A DNA stretch of 64,000 nt from Chiloscyllium plagiosum (lineage: Eukaryota), in contig NC_057718.1 of assembly GCF_004010195.1 (NCBI RefSeq), forward strand, positions 52,180,238 through 52,244,237. Direction: 5' to 3'. Below the pieces are notes generated by a model that saw nothing but the letters and a program-made list of their open reading frames with translations, was not told the DNA's origin and did no database searches. Numbering within the stretch: the first letter of the stretch is position 1; each line of letters begins with the position of its first letter. Below are positions 39,213-52,015 of this stretch, one piece after another. Both the position numbers and the translations under genes were made by a program.

Positions 39213-40660
39213 TGGAAGATAAGGGTAATCTGCTGCCCCTTTGCAGAGAGGGGCCTTGAGGTACTGCTGATTGGGCTGGTGGACAGACAGGATGTATTGT
39301 CTCCTCAGGACCAGCAGAAGAGATCACTGTGCAAGATCATGCCAGCCTAGTCTAAGGTTGCCACCCAGGTCAGTGTAGTCTCAGCCATCTGGAAGATTGC
39401 ACAGTAATGTAGGAAGAAGGTCAGTATCCTTCTCTGATCTGCTCATGTAAATGCCATTCAGTTGTCTCCAGTACATCACACTCAATCTCTCTCTGTTACT
39501 GCCCTCACCTCCTACTAACCTCATGTTCTACCACTCTTACTGTTGCCTGCAAGAATTTCTCTTACTCACTCTCACCAATCATAACTTTGAAATCATTCCC
39601 CTGTATGCCCTCTGAGCTGCATACTCACTCACTTGGGCACTGCACCCCCTGCATCAAAACTAACAGCCGTGTCACCCACTTCCGTCCCCCTAAAGACCTG
39701 CCTCTCTCTTATTGCAGGAAGAAAGCAGCCCACAATAGAGCAGAAAGATTCATGATGGTGATGAGCTGACTGACATTAGTCTCCTCACCCCTTTAATAGA
39801 GACAGCATATGACTAACTGCCCCGAGTGGCTGACTGACTGAGCCCAGGAATCCTGACTGGTAACGGAGGCCACCCTTCACTTACTGTGCCAGCGTTCCCT
39901 GGCTGAAAGTTGTCTCCTTTGACTTTGCAGAGGAGTGCTAACAACCAGGACACACTTTCTGGCTTTGTATCTGCAAACAAGCAAGACGGCAGTATGGTGA
40001 GCTTGGTATCACGGGCTGAGGATGCAAAACGGTACAGCAAGGCCATGAAAGGCAGGGATGCAGTGAGTCTATAGGTAGATGAGTTGGGTATATGTCCCTT
40101 AGAGCACAGTGCTCTTGCTGCAGCATTACAGTGATAGTTACTTGTGCAGCATGAGGTGCAGCATTAAAGTGCGGAAGCTTCCTACAAGTGGATTAGATAT
40201 AACCCATGATTATTCTTACAGGCTGGTCCAGTCAGATGTCAGTGTCTATGGGTATGGAGTAGATGTGGCTGTTGCCTATGGGGTGTGCTTTGAGATGTAT
40301 CCTCTATCCAACTGGGAGGTCCTTTGGACCAACCACTGAGCTGAAGTTATCAGATATCTGCTTTGGCTTCCATGTTGAGGATTCGTAATATCGAGCTTAT
40401 TTGGGGTATTTGATAAGATAGCAAACTGAATATTAATGAGATGAATTGTATCATAAATGAGGTGTTTAACAAGCTATAAGTCTCTTTATTTGGCTGCTCA
40501 CCACCGCCCAGTCTGTGAGAAACTTGCTTCGCCACTCAGCAAACACAGAAATGATAGTGAGTTGTTTCCAAAGTCAAGATAGGTATTACCAGATCTCTCA
40601 TGTGATTCTGCCACAAATCCCACCACAGCCCACATCACTCAGGCCCCTATAAAATTCTGC
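39213..40660 (+). mobile_element. Degenerate PIF/Harbinger element with spliced Myb/SANT-like gene remnant
   Basis: FAERGLEVLLIGLVDRQDVLSP..IMPA*SKVATQVSVVSAIWKIAQ*CRKKVSILL*SA then gtaaat; exon 2 after cttattgcag| reads KAAHNRAER..DISLLTPF; end aaaattctgcc. Confidence 0.75.
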
Positions 40661-40699
40661 CTGCCCTTTCTCCTGATCAGAAAGGTTCCCAGTTGCAAG

Positions 40700-41328
40700 C
40701 TAGGGAAAAGATTTTGTCTTTAATAAGCTTGATTTATTTGGGAAACAAACGTGAGACCATTGCCCTGATTGCAACAAAGGCCATTATTAAAAGAAGTAAA
40801 GCCAGTAATACCAAATTAATGGTTCATAGACACATTTTCTTTCAGTTTGAAACTGCAGCAGTACATAATACTCATCCAGAGTTCAACCACATGGCACAGG
40901 ATGCTGAGAGTTCCTTCACTTGTCCTGCAATCAAACCAGTGTTGCACAGCTTTTAGGAATCTGCTTTGACTTTCTTCCCATGATTCCCAAAGTGTCAGAA
41001 TTCTTGAAGTCCTTCGACTGCCATCCTGCTAATCAATCTTCCAACTTCCCTTACGTAATTCACAATTGTGAACATCCTAGCTCAAGCATAGGCCCCACTG
41101 TATTGCAACTCCGAAAAACTCTGACTTCTGATAGCTTTTTCATTTTGTTCAACAGCTCATGGCAACTTCTCTCTCTGATTCTCAAGGCTACTCTAGGCTC
41201 CAATTGTCTGTGACTGTGAGAAAGCACAGCAAAACTCAAAATCAAAACACATCTTCCTGCAATCTGCACCGATGGCAATGTGGTTCATCTGGAATGTCCC
41301 AGAAATAAATTTAAACCGATGCTTTGAT
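40700..41328 (-). pseudogene. Candidate pseudo-exon, death-domain-like
   Basis: Acceptor atctttcag|; SWK / LISRMAVEGLQE, then ESQSRFLKAVQHWFDCRTSEGTLSILCHVVE (40882-40974). Confidence 0.45.
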
Positions 41329-41413
41329 CTGAAAGATATATGCATTTTTAAAGATTTTTTTTTGTTTATACATTGCTCTCAAATTTTTGACCTAGAAGCA
41401 AAATGAATAATTA

Positions 41414-41550
41414 AAATAAAAGCAAAATACTGCAGATGCCAAAAATCCAAAGGAAAAAAAAGGAGAGAACGTTGGAGAAAATTAGCAGGTCTGCATCTGT
41501 GGAGAGAGAAACAGTGTGAATGTTTCAAGTTAAAAATGACCCTTCTTCAG
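41414..41550 (-). mobile_element. PLE terminus, degenerate
   Basis: aaatactgcagatgc..catctgtggagagagaaacag..tgtttcaagt..gacccttcttcag (minus CTGAAGAAGGGTC..GAAAC). Confidence 0.7.
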
Positions 41551-44021
41551 CCTCTCCTTGATTCTCTCGCTCACTCGCTCCCTCCCTTACTCTTCCACTA
41601 CACTGCTCTTGCTCACAGTGAAGATTTAGGAGAGGGAAGTGACAAGTAAGGTGACGCAGGGCAGGGAAACTTAGGATGAAAGCAGCAAGTTGGGAATGAG
41701 ATTGGGAAGTAGTGAGCTGGAGGGTCAGAGAGGAACTGGTAAGGAAGAAGTAGGGAGCAAATCAGTGAGTGAGGACGCAACATGAACCTGGTTTTGGACG
41801 GAAAGCAGTACAGTTTATCTGAAAATAGTTAGTAGTTTAAATTAACAAGAGTTAGCAGGATATTAAAGATTGAGTAGAGGATGCTTTGGGTCAGTTGAGT
41901 TCAAGGCAGCCAGTATACTCTGAATGTAAAAGTTACAGGGTCAAAATGTAACCACTTTTGATAGGGAAAGTGATTTTTGTTTAGCACCTTTTTAAAAGCA
42001 TACTATTCTTTAGGAGTGCTGAAATAGGGAGATTTGTACAAATTACTGCTTTACAAATAAATTCATATTTTGTCTGTCCTACAGGTGATGACAGCAAAGC
42101 AGTAGTAATCAGTAAGAAGTTGGGGAATGTCAGAGGCTAGAAAAATATGAAGTTGATAATATGGCTGCCATTTTTTACTGTATTTAGGTATTTAATGACA
42201 GGAGCCATTTTAAAGTTATTTATTTGGTACCTCATTTGAAAATGAGTTCAGGTGTTAATTAGTGACAAAAATGTAATTAGCTGTTTTTGAGATGTTTTTT
42301 TCCTCATGGATATGAAATGGTTGTGTATGACTTGTGGATATTGATCTTCATCACATCCACTTCCCAGATGTAAAATAGCGTAACAAGATCAAATTGTGAA
42401 TACAACTTCTCTTGTCCATTTTATGCCTGAGGTGTGGAGATCACTGTATTGATGAAGGCAGTTTTGCCAGCCATCCAGCAGAAACTAATAAGGGGTCAAC
42501 TTATTTTTAAGGATTAGCTTCATTAAACTGATGATGAAAACAAAGCAAGCATATGAGAATATAATGTTGGCCAATATGGCCAATTGGCATCAACATAGAC
42601 TAGTTGGGTCAAAAAGTCTATATTTCTACAATCTGGATTGTGATTTTTGTGCAATAATGTGTGATCCCTGTTGCTACCTGTTTCACACCTTATCACTTAT
42701 GATGCTCAAAATTACTGAAGTATTTTAACTGAACATATAACTGTAGACAGGTATTTAGCAATATATCTAATCCCCATTTCATGTATATGTGCGAGAAAGA
42801 AAATCTAAGATTGCTGCAGACAATGTTTGGAAGGCAAATTCTGTACAAATGTATTTGACATCTGTGTTATAATGTGAAAACTATCATACTCAGCTTATTT
42901 GTCAGATTTAGGTGTAGTTAACCGGGTTTTCTCCAGATCATCCAGTAATCCAATAATGAAGCACATTATTTTTGTAATTGCTGATCGGTCAATTACCAGT
43001 CCAGTACTGTGCTAAAAGGATGTATGCTCTTCATCGGATTGTGACCTGATTCCTTCTCAAACTGTATTTTCATACCCAGGGAGTTGGAGCAGTCACCCCC
43101 AGAGAAAAGGTTATGCAGATCACCTCAATTGCTTTATAAGGATTTTTAAAAAAAAACTCACTTGTATTAGTGCCAAACATCTCCTTCAATACCAGTAAAA
43201 TATTGAATAAGCACAATGCTTTATTATAGCAAACAAGTTATTTAATTTTTGATAAATACCTGCCAGACCTCAATGTGCATATATTTAATGGGACATTAAA
43301 TTATGTGACTGTTTCTCATTCTGCTCGTGAGACTCAGCAAAATAGAATTACCCTACACCGTTACTATTTCATAATTTCATTACAGAAAGCAAGACAGCAT
43401 TTTGTTATGACAGCATGATTAAGTCAAAACAATGCCATTCAGTACTCCTTCATCTATTTATTACCTGCACCATAAGAAGAGATAGCAGTTGAAGTAATGG
43501 TGCAACAAATGTATGTGCATTAAGTACTATTATTTGGTTTGCTACACACTGTAAACACAGTCTGTGGCCATTCACCACTAATTATTATGTCCGGAAAAAC
43601 TCACGAAGTAATGTTTATGGTTATCTAAATATGCAGATGGATTCTTACAGCATCTAAAATAAAGTTAATTCTACATTTAATGAGGATCAACTAAAGTCCT
43701 GCGAACCAGGTTTGGCAGTAAAAGAAACAAATTAAACTTTTAAATGCAATTCTCCAGGACAAAACCAAAAGCAGGACTATTCCAGAACTACAGGTTTAAA
43801 CATTAGGGTTGTTTTTTTTTTACAACTATGATATCACTCCTACTATTAACCATGCTTTAGTTATTATTTTCTAGTTACTTACAGAAATCCCTGAAAAATA
43901 ACAGAAAATAAGTTTTATAGAGTTCATTCCTGTTTCCTTTCAAAAAGTGTGCACAATCTAAAGAAGCTAAGAAAGAAATCAAAGAGATCAGATTATTTTG
44001 AGTTTTAATTGCACTGTTTTT

Positions 44022-44500
44022 CATTCATGGATGTGGGCCATTGCTGCCTATTCCTAACTGCCTTGGAGAAAGTGGTGATGAACTGCCTTCTTGAATCACT
44101 GCGGTCCTTGGGGTATTGGAACACTCACGATGCTGTTAGGAAGAGATTTCATGGATTTTGATACAGTAGCAGTGAAGGAACAGTGATGTAGTTCTGAGGG
44201 GAAGGCACTGAATGTGAAAGCTGGTGGATGCAGGTGCAAACCAAATGGACTGCTTAATCTTAGAGCATCTTCAATATTGGTGGAGCTTCCCACATGACAA
44301 GTAGTGAGCAGTCCATTGCAAACCTGACTTATGGCGTGCAAAAAGTGGGTTGGCATTGGAGAGACAGGAGATGAGATACTCTTTACAGAATTCCTTGCCT
44401 CTGATCTGACCTTGCAGTCAGAGTATTTATGTGGCTATTCCACTTCAGTTTCTGGTCAATGGTAACTCCCAAGGTATTGATAGTGGGATGCTCAGCAATA
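44022..44500 (-). mobile_element. Family X LINE 3' fragment
   Basis: ttcatggatgtggg..gagaaagtggtgatgaactgccttcttgaatcactgc..tctggtcaatggtaactccc. Confidence 0.75.
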
Positions 44501-44611
44501 ATAACTCATCTAGTATCCACCATGGGTGGACCACAAGACCCAAGCAAAGATTGGAGATAAAAATGAAGTCATAAGGGTTTGATGTAAACTTCACTATATT
44601 AAAAAAAAACT

Positions 44612-45090
44612 ACTAGGAGACAATGGGGACTGCAGATGCTGGAGAAATCAGAATTGATAAAGTGTGGTTCTGGAAAAGGCACAGCAGGTCAGGCAGCATC
44701 CGAGGAACGAGAGTCAACATTTCGGGCAGGAACCTTCTTCAGGACTGGAGGGGGGGAAGGGGGTTGAGATATAAATGGGGGAAAGGGGGGGGGGGTTTAG
44801 AGGAAAGGTAGGCGATAGGTGGGCATAGGTAGGAGGTAATAGTGATAGATCGGTGGGAAGTGTGGAGCCGATAGGTGAGGAGGCAGATGGATGGGTAGGT
44901 CAGGTCAAGAGGGTAGATCTGAGTCGGAGGATTGCATCTGGGATTGGGTGGGAGGACTGGAGATTTGTAAATCAGTGAATTCAATGTTCACGCCGTGCGG
45001 TTTTAGGCTCCCAAGATGGAAGACGAAGTGTCCTCCTTTAGTTTGTGGGTCTCCATCTTCCTTCCCACCTCTTGCTCCTTGGATGCTGCC
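44612..45090 (-). mobile_element. Penelope-like element family A: ORF C-terminus, 3' UTR, hammerhead motif and short inverted arm
   Basis: Minus peptide GHFVFHLGSLKPHGVNIEF resembles the PLE GIY-YIG C-terminus; AGTC-CTGAAGA-A-GGTT(CCT)GCCC-GAA-ATGT-T-GACT at 44712-44746; inverted arm 45071-45090. Confidence 0.85.
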
Positions 45091-45249
45091 ATCATCAGGT
45101 CCATTCTGCAAACTACAGGTTTCACACTCTGAGGCTACCAAAACCTAGGTGAGTAGATGCAGTTGATTATTTAAATGGCCAGTAGCCTCCAAGAAACATC
45201 TATGTGGGAAAAACAAACTTTCCTCATTCCTGCCTCTGGGAAAATGGGA

Positions 45250-45533
45250 ACTGCAGTGTTCAGGGTTAGCACTGCAGCTTCACAGCCTCGGGTGACTGTC
45301 TGTGTAGATGTTGCACATTCTCCCTGTGTCTGCATGGGTTTCCTCCGGGTGTTCCGGTTTCCTCCCACAGTCCAAAGATGTGCAGGTCAGGTGAATTGGC
45401 TATGCTAAATTGCCCATAGTGTTAGGTGCGATAGTCAAAGGGAAATGGGTCTGGCTGGGTTACTCTTCAGACGGTCGGTGTGGACTCATTGGGCCGAAGG
45501 GCCTGTTTCCACCCTGTAGAGAATCTAATCTAA
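45250..45533 (+). mobile_element. HE1-type V-SINE with deletion in the tRNA head
   Basis: V domain gcacattctccctgtgtctgcatgggtttcctccggg; tail aatctaatctaa. Confidence 0.9.
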
Positions 45534-45645
45534 CTTGAAATTTTTGGGTTCCTCTGCTAGTTTTTCCTTAAAGAAGATGCTCTTTGTTCTGGCCAAAGTC
45601 TAGGACACCCGATCAATGTTCACTGACAACATATCTTATGCTTAC

Positions 45646-46300
45646 TTCCTCAGTCAATTCCAGCCATGCCTTGTTGCTCTGAGAGACTGGCCTGTTCCTC
45701 ACATCTGCAGGAAATAAACTTTGCAGAGGGCCCTCACAACCCAAAGCATGACCTCCAGGAAAAGATCACAGCATTCCTACATCTTGCTTCCATTTCCTTG
45801 TTTGCTGAGGCTTCCAGAATCAATGTCAAATTCCTGCAGTCTGGCCCATGCTGAAATCCTTTACATTAGAAATCCTTACATTGAAGTTTTCTTTGTGCCT
45901 GCACCATGTTTTGGGTTTCTATATCAATTGCAGAAACAGAATACTAACATCAGAGATTAATTAAACAGCACAGCAAATCTCATTCACCAAATGTTCAGAT
46001 TCTCATCCCATTTCTGTCTACTTTGGTGACCTCCATGGTGAGCAAAACTATGGGGTCAAAATCAGCATATAGCTTCTGAACAATAAAGAGATAATATGCT
46101 AGCTGGCTGTGGCTCAATTTCTGCTCCAGTATAGCAGTCTATCAAAATCTCCTCGACTCAGCCTGGAAATTATGAAAATGTCACAACTCAATTTCAGATG
46201 GCTTTGCACCTATAGTTCATACAAGAGCACTGGTGCCAATCTGGGACAGATTTCTCAAATAAACCTGGAACAATTCTAGAGCTGCTGTTAAAGTGCTAAT
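45646..46300 (-). pseudogene. Candidate pseudo-exon with two death-domain-like units
   Basis: EKSVPDW / ALV*TIGAKPSEIEL*HFHNF / DRLLYWSRN*ATAS*HIISLL (46081-46258); GPDCRNLTLILE..RNAVIFSWRSCFG (45740-45850); donor |gtaagc. Confidence 0.5.
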
Positions 46301-47306
46301 ATGTTTGAAGGAACACAGTGGTGTTGACATGATGAGTCTTTTTTTACAACGTTAGTTTTTGCTGCTTGAATATTTACTACATACGTACTAATGCATTGTC
46401 ATGAAAATTACATTCAGTAAGTCCAACATGCTGCATTTCCCTTTCGGATAATGGCTCATTTGGATGCAGTTGATGGAAAAAAAATCAAATATTCCTTAAT
46501 AAATTGGGAGAGTCATTCATCTGGTCCTCTCAAAAGTCATTGACAAATATTTCCCAAGTCGAAAATGGCGTATTTATACTTTGCCTCGGAGTAAAATGGT
46601 AAACCAGCCAGCACCCTCCCACATGAGGCAAAAGTAGTGATACCCAAACTGCTGCTCAGGATGCTGCTGTAATTTTAGCCAGGCAATGGAAGGGTGAAGA
46701 TATTGGGAGTGCTTGGTTTGTTTGACTAAAGATGAAGATTACAGAAATGACAAATCACAACTCCTGGTGACAATAAATAATTTCATGATTCACCAATATT
46801 CATTGACAGCTGTCATTTTGAATAAATGATGTAACAAGTACCATGACATTAAGCTCAGTTACATTCATATATCTTTTCATAAATATAACTATGATTTCAT
46901 TCTCATCTGATCTGATGTGCATTTGAGACTTACTCACAGAATTCAAATGAGGCCCCAGAGGATGTGCTTTTGATCCCCGGATGCAGTACTTTTGGTGCAC
47001 TCTGTACTAATTGCTCTCAGACCGGGCCAGGAAGGAAATACTGGCCTAGTTATTTTAATAACTCTAATTTATCAAAATATTACCAATAAAATGTGACAAG
47101 AAATTCCACAGCAGCTTTCATAGATAATTTGAAATAATCTTTCTTTGTTTGAATCATCACTATATCATTCAGTACCAACAAGTCAGATATTGTCTGCAGT
47201 CTTGAGATATCTTGCAGGATTTCACATTGTGTATTAAAATTAATTATTAATAAATTAATAAATATATTTAATGGGACTAAAACATAATACAGACAGTAAA
47301 CTGTAT

Positions 47307-47919
47307 TGTGACGAAATTGCTCATTGGCTTATTTTTGGAGAGGTCACGAATGACACAAACTCTGAATGGTCTGGAGTTGAAGGGTTTTAGGGCCAATTTG
47401 ATTATAGTTAACAGATAATGCCTCAGACAGAAGGTGTTCAAGTTTAAAAATAAAACACTTGTACAATCAAAGGGGAGTGGCCAGTTCTCCCAGCTCAGCT
47501 TTCTCTGGCTTGGTTCAGTTTTTAGCAGGAGTGTGAAAAAGTTGCTGGACTCAAAGAAGCAGGTCCAGGCTGGTACTCTCTCTCTCTAACTTCCATCCTG
47601 TAAGAACCTGTGTTTGATTTTACTTTTTGTGCCAAGGGCTGTTTATGGGAATTGTTGCAAGTATTTGAAACAGCATCATTAAGTTGGGATGATCTGTTGG
47701 GTTTTCGGATAAATTAGGTTATTCGGTATTCTGTTTTCTGTTGTTTGTAATTCATTCAATAATCTTGTAAATCAATTGTGTTTTGTCTAAAACTAAATGG
47801 TTTGACCAGCTGATTCTCCCCTGGAATATCCACCTTACACCTACTTAAAACAACAAGCAAAGTTAGGGTCTGGGCTACCTTCTTGAAGTGTTTTATGGGG
47901 TCTGGCCTGGTCCATAGCA
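47307..47919. mobile_element. Solo LTR, 613 bp
   Basis: TG...CA termini flanked by the 4-bp TSD GTAT (47303-47306 / 47920-47923). Confidence 0.75.
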
Positions 47920-48939
47920 GTATATAATCGAGGTTTTCCATTTCCTGTGTTATGGTTGACATATTTTTGTTCTAGTGCCCTACCCTCTTGCCCTGATACC
48001 AATAGATGTTCTGTGCACTCTAGTGTTTCAGCCAAGTGGTTTGCTACCAGGAGTGATTCTGAACATTGACAAACTTTCCAGCTGCAAAATAACTCACACA
48101 CCAATCTATACTTTAAAGTTACACTTTAAAGACAGAATTGTATTTGTTCCAGAGGGGCATTACTGGTTAATTATAGGGAGTGAAAATTGTTTCTTTCTTT
48201 TAACTCATCCTTAATCCAGTGATGTTGAGGTCAGTTGTGGCTTCACAACATATCTCCCAACCAGGTCGACACAGCTCAGCACAAGGGAGAACAGAAAGCA
48301 TTTGCGATATTGTCAACAGGCCAGCTAAACCAGATAGCACCTTGAACTACTTGTATATCAACAATTCATACAAAAATTCTCAGTGTTTTAGCATGCTGAA
48401 TCTTCTTGAGCTGTTTCACATCAAATGCCTGTGTTTATTAACTATAATAGATTCACTTTTGCCCAACTAATTGTCAAACTCCAAGGGGCCAATCTCCTTC
48501 TCCCATGTTAAGGACAATTATTGTAAAGCACTGTGGATATGGATTCCATCGGAATCAAAAGATTAAGGGCTTGAAGTTATAATCTGATCAAAATTAAATA
48601 AAGGAGATGCAAAGAAAATTGGAAGACTGGGCATATCGTAAAATGATCTGACATCAATTATGGGACAAATACAATCTCACAGAAGAGTCAGAAATATGTT
48701 GCAGGAAGGTATGCTGGGAATATTTACTACATTTAAAGGTGCTGTATAAATAAGTTATTGCTGTTATCTGGAATTGTCATGTTGATAAATAGTTTTTAAA
48801 GCAATCTATAAATGCAAAGCTATAAATTCTACACTAATAGCCTGTGCCATTATTGTAAGAATTATTCTCAATGTGAATCAGTGCAGATTGTGTGCCATGG
48901 CTGGAATGATGACGACACTCTTAGCACAAATCCATGAAA

Positions 48940-49683
48940 CAAAAAGCGAGTTGTGCACTCTTGTTCCATTCATGAAATGCAGAAACAGGAAAATCAAGTT
49001 TGGATTTGAAGAATAACGGAGGCAGGAGTGCGGGACATTCAGTGGATAGGTATATAGAAGGTAAATGGAGTGGTGGTCTTTATTTCACAGGGAATGGAAT
49101 ATAGAAGTAGGGAAGTCTTGCTCAATTTGTACAAGGCACTAGTGAGATAACATCTGTGAGATGGATTACTGTGGACAGTTTAAGTCCCCTTATAAAGGAA
49201 ATATAAACTGGCTTTGGACAAAGTTCAGGGAAGGTTCACGAGGTTGGTTATGGGTATGGAGGTACTTCCTTATGAGGAGAGGTTGAGTAGGTTGGGACTG
49301 TGCTCATTAGAGTTTAGAAGAATAAAAGGAGACCTAATTGAAACATAAAAAAGATTTTCAGCAGCTTGACAATGCCAGGTTGTGAAGTTGAGAGTCTTGG
49401 ACCAGAGGCATAATCTCAGATGAAGGGTCACTCATTTATGACAGAGATGACAAGGAATTCTTCCTCTCAAAGGGTAATGAATCTGTGAAATTCTTTACCA
49501 GAGACAGCCATTGAGGCCGGCTATTAAGCACATTCAAGGCTGAGATGGACAATGTTTTTGATTACTGAGGGGATCAAGGCTTTATTGGGATAAGGCAGGA
49601 AATTGAAGTTGAGGATTGCAGATCAGCTATGATCTCAGTGAATGGCAGAGGAGAACTGATGGGCTGAATGGCCTATTCAGCTC
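48940..49683 (+). mobile_element. CR1 LINE 3' fragment, old
   Basis: tatgaggagaggttgagtaggttgggactg..ggagacctaattgaaac; 3' UTR gggctgaatggcctatt. Confidence 0.85.
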
Positions 49684-50017
49684 TTCCATCCATCATAAGG
49701 TCAGAGGTAGATATATTCACTGATGGTTGCAGCATGTTCAGTCTGATTCACTACTCCTCAGATTGTGAAATCGATCCATATCGTTTCCCATTCTTTGGCA
49801 ACAAAAAGCTACACAGGAGGGTGAATTGGGAGGAGGATTCACAGATAATTCAGTGTGATTTAACATTCATTTGCATTGCCATCACTGAATTCCCCATCAT
49901 CAACATCCTGCAGATTATCACTGACCAAAAACTGTTCGCATTAGCAATATAAATACAATGGTTACAAGAAGCAATCAGAGGCTAAGAATCATGCAGTGAT
50001 TAACTTATATCCTGACT

Positions 50018-51980
50018 ATAAAGATAAAAGAGAAGTATAACATAGCAAAGATGAGCAGGAAGCCAGAAGACTGTGAAACATTTAAAGAGCAACAGAGGGT
50101 AACTAAAAAGGCAATACGTGGAGAAAAAATTAGGTACGAAAGCAAACTGGCCAAAAATGTAAAGGCAGATAGTAAAAGCTTTTTTAGGTATGTGAAAAGA
50201 AAAAAAAAATGGTTAAGACTAAAATTGGCCCCTTGAAGACAGAAGCGAGTGAACTTATTATGGGCAACAAGAAAATGGCAGAACAGTTGGATAGGTACTT
50301 TGGATCTGTCTTCTCTGGGGGAGACACAAGCCAACTCCCAGATGTAATGGTGGATGAAGAACTTAGGGTAATGGATGAACTGAAGGGAATTTATATTAGG
50401 CAGGAAGTGGTGTTGGATAGACTGTTAGGTCTGAAGGCTGATAAGTCCCCGGGACCTGATGGTCTGCATCCCAGGGTACTTAAGGAGGTGGCTCTAGAAA
50501 TCGTAAATGCATTGGTGATCATTTTTCAATGTTGCATAGATTCAGGATCCGTTCCTACAGATTGAAGGGTGGCTAATGTTGTCCCACTTTTCAAGGAAGG
50601 AGGGAGAGAAAAAACAGGGAATTATATAGACCAGTTAGCCTGATGTCAATGGTGGAAAACATGCTGGAGTCAATTATAAAAGATTAAATTATGACTCATT
50701 TGGATAGCAATAACAGGATAGGACAGAGTCAGCATGGATTTGTGGAGGGTAAATCATGCTTGACTAATTTTCTGGAATTTTTTGAGGATGTAACTATGAA
50801 GATGGACAAGGGAGAGCCAGAAAGATGCAGTGTACCTGGACTTTCAGAAAGCCTTTGATAAAGTCCCACGTAGGAGATTAGTGAGCAAAATTAGGGCACA
50901 TGGTATTGGGGGCAAACTACTGACTTGGATTGAAAATTGGCTGTCTGACAGGAAGCAAAGAGTAGTGATAAACGGATCTCTTTCAGAATGGCAGGTAGTG
51001 ACCAATGGGGTACCACAAGGTTTGGTGCTGGGACTGCAGCTGTTTACAATACACATAGATGAAGGTTATTAAAAATAATATTAGCAAATTTGCTGATGAA
51101 ACAGCGCTGGGTGGAAGGGTGAAATGTGAGCAGGATGTTATGAGAATACAGGATGACTTGGACAGGCTAGGTGAGTGGATGGATGCTGGCAGATACAGTT
51201 TAATTTGGATAAATGTGTGGTTATCCACTTTGGTGACAAGAACAGGAAGGCAGATTACCAACTAAATGGAGTCAAGTTAGGTAAAAGGCAAGTACAACAA
51301 GATCTAGGTGTTCTCGTACATCAGTTAATGAAAGTAAGCATGTAGGTACAGTAGGCAGTAAAGAAAGCTAATAGCATACTGGCCTTCATAACAAGAAGAA
51401 TTGAGTATAGGAGCAAAGAGGTCCTTCTGAAGTTGTACAGGGCCCTGGTGAGATTGCACCTGGAGTATTGTGTGCAGTTTTGGTCTCCAAATTTCAGGAA
51501 GGCCATTCTGGCTATTGAGGGAGTGCAGTGTAGGTTCACAAGGTCAATTCCCGGAATGGCGGGACTATCATAGGTTGAAAAATTGGAGCAACTGGGCCTG
51601 TATACACTTGAGTTTAGAAGGATAAGAGGAGATCTGATTGAGATGTATAAGATTATTAAAGGATTGGACACTCTGGAGGCAGGAAGCATGTTTCCGCTGA
51701 TGGAGGAGTCCAGAACCAGAGGACACAGTTTAAAAATAAGGGGGAGGCCATTTAGAACAGTGATGACGAGAAACTTCTTCACCCAGAGAATGGTGCATAT
51801 ATGGAATGCTTTGCCCCAGAAGACAGTGGTGGGCTAATCAATGGATACTTTCACGAAAGAGATGGATAGAGCTCTTAAAGATAGTGGAATCAAGGGCTAT
51901 GGATACTGATTGCGGATGATCAGCCATGAACGTACCGAATGGCCTACTCCTGCACCTGTTGTCTGTTGTCTATTGTCTAT
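50018..51980 (+). mobile_element. CR1 LINE ORF2 fragment, ~2 kb, frameshifted
   Basis: KSPGPDGLHPRVLKE, YLDFQKAFDKVP, KFADET; (gtctatt)n tail; tgact duplicated at 50013-50017 / 51981-51985. Confidence 0.96.
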
Positions 51981-52015
51981 TGACTCCCCAAAGCCTGTCC
52001 ACCACCTAAAGGTAC

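Noticed and set aside
42061..42150. Plus-strand splice acceptor tgtcctacag|gt
   Set aside because: No convincing donor, open frame or partner exons on the plus strand.
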